Positions 1 through 9,255 of a stretch of 58,687 nucleotides of DNA are shown here, piece after piece. The notes under the pieces were generated by a model. That model made no database searches, had not been told where the DNA came from, and saw only the letters and a list, made by a program, of their open reading frames with translations. Source of the DNA: a virus (lineage: Duplodnaviria; Heunggongvirae; Uroviricota; Caudoviricetes); the IMG/VR virus record IMGVR_UViG_2834277561_000001, positions 1 through 58,687 of that record; one strand, written 5' to 3'. A program made the position numbers and the translations under genes. Every line of letters starts with the position of its first letter. The first letter of the stretch is position 1.

Positions 1-2634
1 ATGGCAAAATGGGTTTACATGTTTACAGAAGGTAACGCTAATATGAGAAACCTTCTGGGTGGTAAAGGTGCCAACCTTGCTGAAATGACTAACCTTGGTC
101 TTCCTGTACCGCAGGGCTTCACAATCACAACAGAAGCTTGTACTCAGTACTATGAAGACGGAAGACAGATCAATGATGAGATCATGGCTCAGATCATGGA
201 AGCAATCACTAAAATGGAAGGAGTTACCGGTAAGAAATTCGGTGACAAAGAAAATCCTCTGCTTGTTTCCGTTCGTTCTGGTGCCAGAGCTTCCATGCCT
301 GGTATGATGGATACTATCCTGAACCTTGGTTTAAATGAAGAAGTAGTTAATACTCTTGCAGAAAAATCCAACAACCCACGTTGGGCTTGGGACTGCTACA
401 GAAGATTCATTCAGATGTACTCTGACGTAGTTATGGAAGTTGGTAAGAAATATTTCGAAGAGCTGATCGACGAAATGAAAACTAAGAGAGGCGTTAAACA
501 GGACGTTGAACTTACAGCTGAAGACCTTAAAGAACTTGCAGAACAGTTCAAAGCTGAATATAAAGAAAAAATCGGTGCTGATTTCCCAACTGATCCGAAG
601 GAACAGTTAATGGGTGCTATCAAAGCCGTATTCCGTTCTTGGGACAACCCGCGTGCAAACGTTTATCGTCGTGACAACGATATTCCATATTCCTGGGGTA
701 CCGCTGTAAACGTACAGATGATGGCATTCGGTAACATGGGAGATGACTGTGGTACAGGTGTTGCCTTCACACGTGACCCTGCTACAGGAGCTAATGGTCT
801 GTTCGGTGAATTCCTGACAAATGCTCAGGGTGAAGACGTTGTTGCTGGTGTTCGTACACCTATGCATATCACTGAAATGGAACAGAAATTCCCAGAAGCA
901 TTCGTACAGTTCAAACAGGTTTGCAAAACTCTGGAAGATCACTACAGAGATATGCAGGACATGGAGTTCACTGTAGAGCATGGTAAACTGTACATGCTGC
1001 AGACACGTAATGGTAAGAGAACTGCTCAGGCTGCTCTGAAGATCGCTTGTGACCTTGTAGATGAGGGAATGAGAACAGAAGAAGAAGCTGTAGCAATGAT
1101 CGATCCACGTAACCTTGACACTCTGCTTCATCCGCAGTTCGATGCAGCTGCTCTGAAAGCCGCTACACCGATGGGCAAAGGTCTTGGAGCTTCTCCAGGA
1201 GCTGCTTGCGGTAAGATCGTATTCACAGCTGATGACGCTGTTGAATGGGCAGAAAGAGGAGAAAAAGTTGTTCTGGTTCGTCTTGAGACATCTCCAGAAG
1301 ATATCACAGGTATGAAATCTGCTCAGGGTATCCTGACAGTTCGTGGTGGTATGACTTCTCACGCTGCAGTAGTTGCCCGTGGTATGGGTGAGTGCTGTGT
1401 ATCCGGATGCGGTGATATCGCTATGGATGAAGAAAACAAGAAATTCACACTGGCTGGAAAAGAATTCCACGAAGGAGACTTCATCTCCATCGATGGTACA
1501 ACAGGTAACATCTACGACGGAATCATTCCGACTGTAGACGCTACAATCGCTGGTGAGTTCGGCCGTATCATGGCTTGGGCTGACAAATACAGAACTATGA
1601 AAGTTCGTACAAATGCAGATACACCGGCTGACGCTAAGAAAGCAGTTGAGCTTGGTGCAGAAGGTATCGGTCTTTGCCGTACAGAGCATATGTTCTTCGG
1701 TGAGGGACGTATCGATGCATTCCGTGAAATGATCTGCTCTACAACAGTTGAAGAAAGAGAAAAAGCTCTTGCAAAAGTTCTTCCATATCAGCAGGGAGAC
1801 TTCGAAGGACTGTTTGAAGCTCTGGAAGGTAACCCGGTTACTATCCGTTTCCTGGATCCGCCGCTTCATGAGTTCGTTCCTACAGAAGAAGCTGACATCA
1901 AGAAACTTGCAGATGCTCAGGGCAAAACTGTTGAAGAAATCAAGACAATCATTGATTCTCTCCATGAATTCAACCCGATGATGGGCCATCGTGGATGCCG
2001 TCTTGCAGTTACTTATCCAGAAATTGCTAAGATGCAGACAACAGCTGTTATCCGTGCAGCAATCAAAGTTAAAAATGCTCATCCGGATTGGGCAATCAAA
2101 CCGGAAATCATGATTCCGCTTGTTGGCGATATCAAAGAGCTTAAATATGTTAAGAAATTCGTAGTAGAAACTGCAGACGCTGAGATCAAAGCAGCTGGTT
2201 CCGACCTTCAGTATGAAGTTGGTACTATGATCGAGATCCCGAGAGCAGCTCTTACTGCTGATGAAATCGCTAAAGAAGCTGACTTCTTCTGCTTCGGTAC
2301 AAACGACCTTACACAGATGACATATGGCTTCTCTCGTGATGATGCAGGTAAATTCCTGAACGCATACTATGATGCTAAGATCTTCGAGAATGATCCATTT
2401 GCTAAACTTGATCAGGTTGGCGTTGGCAAACTGATGAAGATGGCAATCGAACTTGGAAGACCGGTTAACCCGAACCTTCATGTAGGTATCTGTGGAGAAC
2501 ACGGTGGAGATCCGTCCTCTGTAGAGTTCTGCCATAAGATTGGTCTTAACTATGTATCCTGCTCACCATTCCGTGTACCGATCGCTCGTCTTGCAGCAGC
2601 ACAGGCAGCAATTGCAGAAACAAAGGCGAAATAA
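1..2634 (+). CDS. ppdK: Pyruvate, phosphate dikinase
   Basis: 877 aa; LLGGKGANL, VSVRSGA..SMPGMMDT, phospho-His motif GGMTSHAAVVAR, GICGEHGGDP; highly biased host codon usage. Confidence 0.98.
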   Translation: MAKWVYMFTEGNANMRNLLGGKGANLAEMTNLGLPVPQGFTITTEACTQYYEDGRQINDEIMAQIMEAITKMEGVTGKKFGDKENPLLVSVRSGARASMPGMMDTILNLGLNEEVVNTLAEKSNNPRWAWDCYRRFIQMYSDVVMEVGKKYFEELIDEMKTKRGVKQDVELTAEDLKELAEQFKAEYKEKIGADFPTDPKEQLMGAIKAVFRSWDNPRANVYRRDNDIPYSWGTAVNVQMMAFGNMGDDCGTGVAFTRDPATGANGLFGEFLTNAQGEDVVAGVRTPMHITEMEQKFPEAFVQFKQVCKTLEDHYRDMQDMEFTVEHGKLYMLQTRNGKRTAQAALKIACDLVDEGMRTEEEAVAMIDPRNLDTLLHPQFDAAALKAATPMGKGLGASPGAACGKIVFTADDAVEWAERGEKVVLVRLETSPEDITGMKSAQGILTVRGGMTSHAAVVARGMGECCVSGCGDIAMDEENKKFTLAGKEFHEGDFISIDGTTGNIYDGIIPTVDATIAGEFGRIMAWADKYRTMKVRTNADTPADAKKAVELGAEGIGLCRTEHMFFGEGRIDAFREMICSTTVEEREKALAKVLPYQQGDFEGLFEALEGNPVTIRFLDPPLHEFVPTEEADIKKLADAQGKTVEEIKTIIDSLHEFNPMMGHRGCRLAVTYPEIAKMQTTAVIRAAIKVKNAHPDWAIKPEIMIPLVGDIKELKYVKKFVVETADAEIKAAGSDLQYEVGTMIEIPRAALTADEIAKEADFFCFGTNDLTQMTYGFSRDDAGKFLNAYYDAKIFENDPFAKLDQVGVGKLMKMAIELGRPVNPNLHVGICGEHGGDPSSVEFCHKIGLNYVSCSPFRVPIARLAAAQAAIAETKAK

Positions 2635-2791
2635 TTCATATAAATTTCGTCATTACTTACAAAATGGCTCAAGATTATAGAAAGTCTATTGGTAAATATT
2701 TGCGTAGGAACCAATGGAATGATATAAATATTGATGTCGAGATAGGATTATAACAATTCTATCTGTGTCCAAACAGTGTAACAAAATATTT

Positions 2792-2833
2792 CCTCATAGT
2801 GTGAGAAATCATGCTATGAGGTTTTATTTTTTT
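2792..2833 (+). terminator. Intrinsic terminator downstream of ppdK
   Basis: CCTCATAG...CTATGAGG stem followed by TTTTATTTTTTT. Confidence 0.7.
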
Positions 2834-3127
2834 ATAAACAAAAATAGCGCAACCATTAGGCACGCTATTTCTGCAACTCATATCATTTCATTGGTTATTC
2901 CTGTAACCAAATTAATAATAACATATTCTATATAAAATTACAAATTCGAAATATGTCGAAGTGAATATGATAATGTAGTATAAAGAGTGATGGCACAAGA
3001 CCGGACTGGGGTGTCATAAGCCTTGTGCCATTATAGGGGTTGCTGCTATCCATCTTTTGATAACAAGACAATAATATTATGACATCCATGTCAAATATTG
3101 TCAACTTATAATGTCAACTTGAAAAGT

Positions 3128-3163
3128 AAAAAAATGGGATACCACAATTAAGTGATATCCCAT
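3128..3163 (-). terminator. Terminator of the lysis/late operon
   Basis: Minus strand ATGGGATATCAC-TTAATT-GTGGTATCCCAT followed by TTTTTT. Confidence 0.8.
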
Positions 3164-3338
3164 AAATATTGTCAACTTTTAAATTTCAGATACGAATGCT
3201 GACTTCCGAGTAAATTCTAACTTACATATCTGAGTCCGTAAGTATTATAGAAATATATACTTCACCACGAAGCGTATACTGCATCTAAAATCAATTCTAA
3301 GTGATAATCCTTAGAAATCATTTAAAGTCGATTCTGGT

Positions 3339-3608
3339 TCAAATTTCGTCCTTCTTAGGCTCTGTATATCCAAGTGCCTGAATGCTATCCGTGATACCGT
3401 CAGTAGTCGGGTCAGTTACAATACCAAGAATTGTCAGTACTGCAAATACAGCATTAACAACAGCTAAAAGCTTATTACCCATATCGCCCAAGTCAATAGT
3501 AATTCCGAATACAGCAGCTACAACCTGAATCAGCAGCAGTACTGCCGGAATGAGTGCGATCCAGAATGCTTTATTTTTAATTCTTACAGTCCAGTTAATG
3601 TTTTTCAT
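3339..3608 (-). CDS. Phage holin (phi LC3-like family)
   Basis: 89 aa, INWTVRIKNKAFW, two hydrophobic helices, LGIVTDPTTDGITDS. Confidence 0.92.
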   Translation of the reverse strand: MKNINWTVRIKNKAFWIALIPAVLLLIQVVAAVFGITIDLGDMGNKLLAVVNAVFAVLTILGIVTDPTTDGITDSIQALGYTEPKKDEI

Positions 3609-4220
3609 TTAAATACCTTCTTTCTGTGAATAAATACTCCCATCAGGATAATGAATTTCTAATGCCTCAACTTCAGGTAAAAGCTTGGAATGATAGATAT
3701 CATTTCCTCCGCTTTGTTCGTAAAGCTTTCCCATCTCAATGAACGTTTTTAATCCGTCTGGAGTAACATACCCTTGGTTTATAAAGTCTTTGTGCATGCG
3801 CCATAAAGAGCTTCTAAAAGAAGCTACTGTGCGATCATTTTGAGTGTTAATAAAATCTTGCATCATCTGAGATAATTCGGTTATCTGACCGCTTAATCCT
3901 TCTTGATTTTCTTTCAATTCATCTCTAATCTGAATACTCTGTTCGTGATAACCTTTTTGTTTCCGGTACAGAGATTTTTCACGATCTTCAATTTCATTAC
4001 GAAGCTGTTTAACGGCTTTCTCAAGATCAATAATTCTTTGTTCCTGAGCTTTTTTATATAAACTAGATTTTGTTTCAAGTCCTAATATTTTCATTATTTT
4101 TTTGCCAATTGTAACAAGTGCGATAATGGTAATTGCGATATATAATAATGATACAAGAACATTTAATTCCCCTATTTTGTGAACTTGTTTTATAGCTTCA
4201 ATTCCATCCATATTACACAT
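3609..4220 (-). CDS. Membrane-anchored coiled-coil protein of the lysis cassette
   Basis: One N-terminal TM segment, coiled coil, YEQSGGN motif; sits between lysin and holin. Confidence 0.65.
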   Translation of the reverse strand: MCNMDGIEAIKQVHKIGELNVLVSLLYIAITIIALVTIGKKIMKILGLETKSSLYKKAQEQRIIDLEKAVKQLRNEIEDREKSLYRKQKGYHEQSIQIRDELKENQEGLSGQITELSQMMQDFINTQNDRTVASFRSSLWRMHKDFINQGYVTPDGLKTFIEMGKLYEQSGGNDIYHSKLLPEVEALEIHYPDGSIYSQKEGI

Positions 4221-4223
4221 CCA

Positions 4224-5954
4224 TTACTGTTTATCAACATGTCCAGAGAGGATATAGCCATAGATTTTGCCACCGATACAGATGTAGTACCAATCATTGC
4301 CAGAAGCAGATTTTATTGTGTCACAAACATCAACAAGATTACCTTTATTCAGTGTTGGGTAAGATGTTAATTGAGCATATTTTTTACCTGGATTTTTACG
4401 TACAGGTGCATTGTTTTTATTTACTTTTCCGACAAATTTACGAACTTTTGATGGGGCTTTAGAAGTAGTAGAAGATGTATTTTTAGACTTAGCAGCGATT
4501 ACAGCATTAAGTTTTGTAATTGTGTTTTTACCAGCAACACCGTCAACTTCGAGATTATATTTCTTCTGGAAAGAAGTGACAGCAGCTTTTGTTGCGGAAC
4601 CATATTCACCATCAACTGTAAGCTTATATCCAACCTTGTTAAGCTTAGTCTGAAGTGTTTTTACAGCATCACCTTTGTCCCCAACCGTGAGATAATTCTT
4701 TGTATTTGTATGAGTTGTTGGAATAGAAGTAGAAGAATTCCCAGATACAATAGATATTACAAGAGAGTAGTTAGGAGTACAGAATTTAGTTCCTGGAAGC
4801 TTTGAATTGTAATAAGATTTGGCACATACACCACCGCCATTAGCAACAATACCAGAAGCACCAGATGTATTTCCTTCAATTGTCCAGAACTTATCACCCC
4901 GAACCTTTGTTACTAATCCTGTATGTCTGAATTCACCAGAACGATAGAAGATTACAATATCTCCAACTTTCGGATTTGCGTTTTTAGTGAAAAGAGATCC
5001 TAATGTTGGACAGTATACATAAGGCCAATGTTTAAGCAATTTTTTCGCCATTGTAAGACCAAATGCTTTCATAAAGCACCATGAAACGAATGCGGCACAC
5101 CATGGCTCAGTCTGATATGCAGGGTATATATCTCGCCAGTATTTTGTAAAATTGTTATATCCAGCATTGGCTGTTTTACTATTTAATTGAGCATTTGATT
5201 TTTTCTCAAGATAGCCAATTTCATTCTGAGCAGTTTTAATTACAGCGTTAATTGCTTGTTCTTTTGTTGTTTTATTTGTCATAGTATTATTTCCTTTATT
5301 TGTGTTACTTGAAATGGAAGAATTGGTAGAATTACCAAGAAGTTTAGGATTATAGCAGATATCTCCATCGAAGTTCTGATTGAATCCAGCCAATCTAGCT
5401 CGACTAGAATACTGGAAAATATCACATGAAATTGGGCTTTCATGGTAAGAATAATCTGATTTATAATGAGCATACCAGAGATAATAGCCTTTATTTTTTA
5501 CACGGTCTGAATACATTGTCTTGTAATAATCATCATTGCAATAATAACCAGGAGCAATTCCTGCTGCTTTTACAGTATCGCAAAAAGCAATTGTAAAATC
5601 ATTACATTCTTTTGAGCCAAGAGTTATTCCTTGTGCTTTAGCTTTCTTTACTGTATCATATTCGAAATCGTAAAAAATTGTTGGAATATTATACGGTTTA
5701 CATGCATTGATACAAATCGTTGCTTCATTTTTAGCTTGAGCTACATTTAAAGCATAAGTAAACCAGTAAGCACCAATAATCTTAATACCTACTGACTGAC
5801 AAGCTTTAGCGTACTGATCAAACCTAGAATCTTTAGTTGTTCCGTAACCGGCTCTAAGAATAATATAATTGATGCCAGCCGATTTAAGCTTTTTGAAATC
5901 GAGATTACCTTGCCAGTAACTAATGTCAATTAATTTTGTAGACATGTTATGCAA
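4224..5954 (-). CDS. Endolysin: GH25 muramidase + CHAP + peptidoglycan-binding + SH3-like domain
   Basis: IDISYWQG..DF..LK..GI.YIILRAGYG and FYDFE (GH25); PWCAAFVSW, HTGLV, TIEGNTS (CHAP); GDKGDAVKTLQTKL..VDG.YG..T..AV..FQ (PG-binding). Probable start is the ATG at 5945 after AGGAGG. Confidence 0.92.
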   Translation of the reverse strand: MHNMSTKLIDISYWQGNLDFKKLKSAGINYIILRAGYGTTKDSRFDQYAKACQSVGIKIIGAYWFTYALNVAQAKNEATICINACKPYNIPTIFYDFEYDTVKKAKAQGITLGSKECNDFTIAFCDTVKAAGIAPGYYCNDDYYKTMYSDRVKNKGYYLWYAHYKSDYSYHESPISCDIFQYSSRARLAGFNQNFDGDICYNPKLLGNSTNSSISSNTNKGNNTMTNKTTKEQAINAVIKTAQNEIGYLEKKSNAQLNSKTANAGYNNFTKYWRDIYPAYQTEPWCAAFVSWCFMKAFGLTMAKKLLKHWPYVYCPTLGSLFTKNANPKVGDIVIFYRSGEFRHTGLVTKVRGDKFWTIEGNTSGASGIVANGGGVCAKSYYNSKLPGTKFCTPNYSLVISIVSGNSSTSIPTTHTNTKNYLTVGDKGDAVKTLQTKLNKVGYKLTVDGEYGSATKAAVTSFQKKYNLEVDGVAGKNTITKLNAVIAAKSKNTSSTTSKAPSKVRKFVGKVNKNNAPVRKNPGKKYAQLTSYPTLNKGNLVDVCDTIKSASGNDWYYICIGGKIYGYILSGHVDKQ

Positions 5955-5978
5955 CCTCCTTTTTAAATTTTGTTTACA

Positions 5979-6007
5979 TTGACAAACATATGTTTGCTTT
6001 GTATAAT
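5979..6007 (+). promoter_or_regulatory. Consensus sigma-A promoter with an overlapping LexA/SOS-box-like palindrome
   Basis: TTGACA-17nt-TATAAT; palindrome CAAACATATGTTTG at 5983-5996 (cf. Firmicutes GAAC-N4-GTTC). Confidence 0.7.
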
Positions 6008-6091
6008 ATTTATAATGAAATTTTGAGATTCGAACTTGATAGCTTTAAGCTATAGAAATAGAAGATTAAAAAGATTAGAAAGGTTAGAATT

Positions 6092-6379
6092 ATGATAGAT
6101 AATACGTACAATTACATCCCCATCCCCGTGATCGCTTCATTCAATACTTCTGGAGATTTTATGCCAATTTGGTTTCGTTATAACGACTGCGTATATGACG
6201 TAGCGGTAAGTTCACATAAAGAAACCTATAATTCCAAAATATTTTATTGTGAAATCATAAAAGCATCAAATGAAGATGAGGGGAATTATATGATTGGGAA
6301 AAGAATAGAAATCATATATTATGAAAGAAATCATATTTGGGGAATTGTAAAGAATAGTTCTTTAATACAAGATGTGTAA
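6092..6379 (+). CDS. Small hypothetical moron protein, probably SOS-regulated
   Basis: 95 aa, opposite strand, own promoter; IPVIASF..G...PIWFRY resembles small clostridial proteins found with Y-family polymerases. Confidence 0.6.
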   Translation: MIDNTYNYIPIPVIASFNTSGDFMPIWFRYNDCVYDVAVSSHKETYNSKIFYCEIIKASNEDEGNYMIGKRIEIIYYERNHIWGIVKNSSLIQDV

Positions 6380-6388
6380 AATTTAATT

Positions 6389-7051
6389 TTAACCTACACG
6401 CATCCACATATAAACATTAACGTATGGAGGCATATTATTGTGAGCTGCTGTTTCAGAACCTGTTGCCCCAGTAGTAGAAGCATAAGTCGTCACAGTATGG
6501 CTATGATTGCCAGCTTCTGAAGTATCACCAAATCTAAAATCAGATGTTTCAGAACCACCGCCATTTGCTCTTGCTACTCCACTAGATTTAGTTGCACAGT
6601 TATTGTCATATTTAGCTCTTATAAAATGTGTATGGTTGCCAGATTCACCGGTATATCCACTTAAAGAAGGAATACTATGACTATGGCTTGGCATATTTTC
6701 AATACTCAAAGCAACAGTACTTTCACCGCCTGTACCACCAATAGCACTTCCTGAATATAAAAAACGATCATTAATACGTTCCCATGTGCCAAAACCAAAA
6801 TAGTTCTTCACTTTGTCAGGAGTTGTTAAAGAAGGTGCATTTAACGTATTTCCATTTATTTTTTTATTCGTCCAAGTAAATATATATCCAATTGGTACAA
6901 GCTTTTCGATTCTATCATTTAACTCTTTACCCTGGTTAGCACTTAACGGCAGAGTAGTAGAAGTCGAATTAAGATTATTCACCACATTCTTACTTAACAC
7001 TTTATAAAAGTTAGCAAAGCTATTTTGAATTATTTCTTTTAAATTTGTCAT
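6389..7051 (-). CDS. Short tail fibre/baseplate protein
   Basis: VVNNLNST..LPLSANQGKELN, PIGYIF..FGTWE, TGGE..V.L...NMPSHSH, HNNMPPY..VYMW.R. Confidence 0.75.
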   Translation of the reverse strand: MTNLKEIIQNSFANFYKVLSKNVVNNLNSTSTTLPLSANQGKELNDRIEKLVPIGYIFTWTNKKINGNTLNAPSLTTPDKVKNYFGFGTWERINDRFLYSGSAIGGTGGESTVALSIENMPSHSHSIPSLSGYTGESGNHTHFIRAKYDNNCATKSSGVARANGGGSETSDFRFGDTSEAGNHSHTVTTYASTTGATGSETAAHNNMPPYVNVYMWMRVG

Positions 7052-7064
7052 TTACTCACCTTCT

Positions 7065-7958
7065 TTACCCTTTAGAATCGGATGATTCGGCGTTATTAGC
7101 ATTCTCATCTACTGTTTCATTTGCGCTTTTATCTGTATCTACATCTTCATCTTTCTTTTCATCTGTAACAGTACCGGTAAGAGATTCCAGGTATTTCTGT
7201 ACTACAAGCTGGGACTGAGCCATAATCATATTATAAGTATCCAGATATTCTCCGGTAAGCTCATTACCATAAAGCACAGCATTAACTTCTTCTTTCGTTT
7301 CAAGTGTCTTAATATAAAGTTTCAACTGGTTTGTGTAAGTCTGATGATGAGTAAGATTTGTCATTTCCTTAATATATAAGGTTGTAATTTCTTCTGGTGT
7401 GAATAGTCTACATGTACATCCATCCGCATGGTATGGCATACTCATCTGTGTTGCAATTGCTAACTGTACTGCGTTAAGAAGATTTGACTGATCTTCAGTT
7501 TTATATGAGAAGAGTTTCTGTTCTCCATTAACTTCCATATATACACCATGAGTGATGTTAAAGTTACAAGACTCTAAGATTTCGTTGATTTTCTGAGATT
7601 TGATTTCTTCTAGGGTTGGTTCTGGTATTTCTGGTTCAGGCATTGGATCTGGCCAAATACTTCCAGATGTTTCTGGATCGTAAACTGAACCGTCACAGCT
7701 CAAATAAATTGTATTATTATCTAAATCTTTGTTATAAAGAGTTATAAAATTCTTAAATACATTGAATAAGGCACCACCACTAAACACTTGTATTAAACTA
7801 AAAATGGACATATCTTTAAGCAATAAAGATACGTTCACATCTGATTCGAATTGAAGTTCTATTATATTCCCAATTGTCTGAACGTGGTGAAAATTATATT
7901 TTTCGCCATTTGCTAATTGGATTTCTTGTTTAAACATATCTAGTATATTTTCTTCCAT
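7065..7958 (-). CDS. Tail fibre assembly-like protein (DUF4376-like C-terminal half)
   Basis: PEPTLEEIKSQKI.E..CN..I..G, FSY..EDQSNL, PYHADG..CR. Confidence 0.65.
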   Translation of the reverse strand: MEENILDMFKQEIQLANGEKYNFHHVQTIGNIIELQFESDVNVSLLLKDMSIFSLIQVFSGGALFNVFKNFITLYNKDLDNNTIYLSCDGSVYDPETSGSIWPDPMPEPEIPEPTLEEIKSQKINEILESCNFNITHGVYMEVNGEQKLFSYKTEDQSNLLNAVQLAIATQMSMPYHADGCTCRLFTPEEITTLYIKEMTNLTHHQTYTNQLKLYIKTLETKEEVNAVLYGNELTGEYLDTYNMIMAQSQLVVQKYLESLTGTVTDEKKDEDVDTDKSANETVDENANNAESSDSKG

Positions 7959-8001
7959 GTTTTCTCCTTTTGTAAGATAATGTAAGATAAAAATGAATAC
8001 C

Positions 8002-8397
8002 TCAATTTATAGGATAAATAATCTGTAATCCTCCAGCCCAAGGCCCACCAAATTCGCCATAACAATTTATACCAATGCTTCCATCTGCATTAAAAGACAT
8101 ACTTCCTGCGCCAACACCTTGCAAAGCAATATATTGGGATCTATTTACATTTGGCCTAAAAGCACTTGGGATAGCACCAGCAGGACAAATAGTAGTCCAA
8201 TTCCATGAGTGTATAGATACTCCACTTTTCGTAGCAAAAGTAAAATTACCAATAACCAAATTACCTATTTTCCATAAAGTGCCTGATGCATTGTAGCCAG
8301 AATTACAGGTAAAAGTGCCTCCCCAGACACTATTGAAATTAAAATTCCCAGTGACGGATAAATTACCATTGACTGTAGTTGATTTAAGTTGAGCCAT
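8002..8397 (-). CDS. Small tail-fibre/receptor-binding-like protein
   Basis: MAQLKSTTVNGNL.VTG N-terminus, KIGNLV and IP.AFRP beta-sandwich motifs. Confidence 0.55.
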   Translation of the reverse strand: MAQLKSTTVNGNLSVTGNFNFNSVWGGTFTCNSGYNASGTLWKIGNLVIGNFTFATKSGVSIHSWNWTTICPAGAIPSAFRPNVNRSQYIALQGVGAGSMSFNADGSIGINCYGEFGGPWAGGLQIIYPIN

Positions 8398-8427
8398 ATA
8401 AAATGCCTCCTTTTCAGTTTTATTAAT

Positions 8428-8460
8428 AAGAAAAGAGCAATCCGGATTTGGATTGCTCTT
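8428..8460 (-). terminator. Intrinsic terminator-like hairpin
   Basis: AAGAGCAATCC-loop-GGATTGCTCTT with TTCTT tail on minus strand. Confidence 0.6.
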
Positions 8461-8488
8461 GATATAAATTATTTTAATATTAGTTTAT

Positions 8489-9244
8489 TTAATATTCAAT
8501 AAATTCTGAAGCCTCGATGTTGCCTGTTTTTGTGAATTTATATGCTGTTTTATTTTCAATAAGTTCACCAGGAATATAGACTCCATATTTAGATAATGTC
8601 ATTTTACCGGAATAACCTTCTTGATAATATGGAGAATACATATTCTTGTCTTTATATAATACAATATTATTATCTTTTAATATATTTGCCATATCAATCG
8701 TAAATGAATTCGTACTATAATATGATCTCATATTTACAAAGTTACTTTCAGATGTAAATGTAAGGTGAAAACACGGAACATGATGATTGGAATTATCCCA
8801 ATTAATCGTTGCTTGTTTAACTAATGAATAGGAGTTATTTTTATATGTATATATACTGTAATTATATTGATGATAATTATTTACTTTTTTGTAGTTTACA
8901 ATCTCTACAAAAAAACATTTAGTAATAGGAACTTCAAATTTTATATAATTATCACTTCCTCCTTGATCCCATATAGTAGCCGACCCACTTTTTAAAAACC
9001 CACAATGAAGATAATTATATCCTTTTAGGAAATTATCCCATATAGTAATGTCATCATCTTTTATAAATGAAAATGTAATATCGCTTATTCCATCTGAAAA
9101 TATACATGAAGATGGTTCACTTACATCACATCCTACATTATATGTGTCATAACCTGGAATGATATAAGTATAATTATACAATGTATCGTTATGAGTACAT
9201 GCTGTTGCCAATAATTTAACATTAATATCGTTTAACAATGACAT
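8489..9244 (-). CDS. Hypothetical tail-associated protein
   Basis: 251 aa with GGAGG SD; very AT-rich; ends in ASEFIEY, a motif typical of this fibre module. Confidence 0.6.
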   Translation of the reverse strand: MSLLNDINVKLLATACTHNDTLYNYTYIIPGYDTYNVGCDVSEPSSCIFSDGISDITFSFIKDDDITIWDNFLKGYNYLHCGFLKSGSATIWDQGGSDNYIKFEVPITKCFFVEIVNYKKVNNYHQYNYSIYTYKNNSYSLVKQATINWDNSNHHVPCFHLTFTSESNFVNMRSYYSTNSFTIDMANILKDNNIVLYKDKNMYSPYYQEGYSGKMTLSKYGVYIPGELIENKTAYKFTKTGNIEASEFIEY

Positions 9245-9255
9245 CCCACACCTCC

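Noticed and set aside
607-2535. 642-aa antisense ORF over ppdK
   Set aside because: Shadow frame caused by the codon bias of a highly expressed gene; no SD or recognisable motifs
2635-3338. CRISPR array or definitive att site
   Set aside because: The repeats are short and irregular with no spacers; an att core cannot be assigned without the other prophage end
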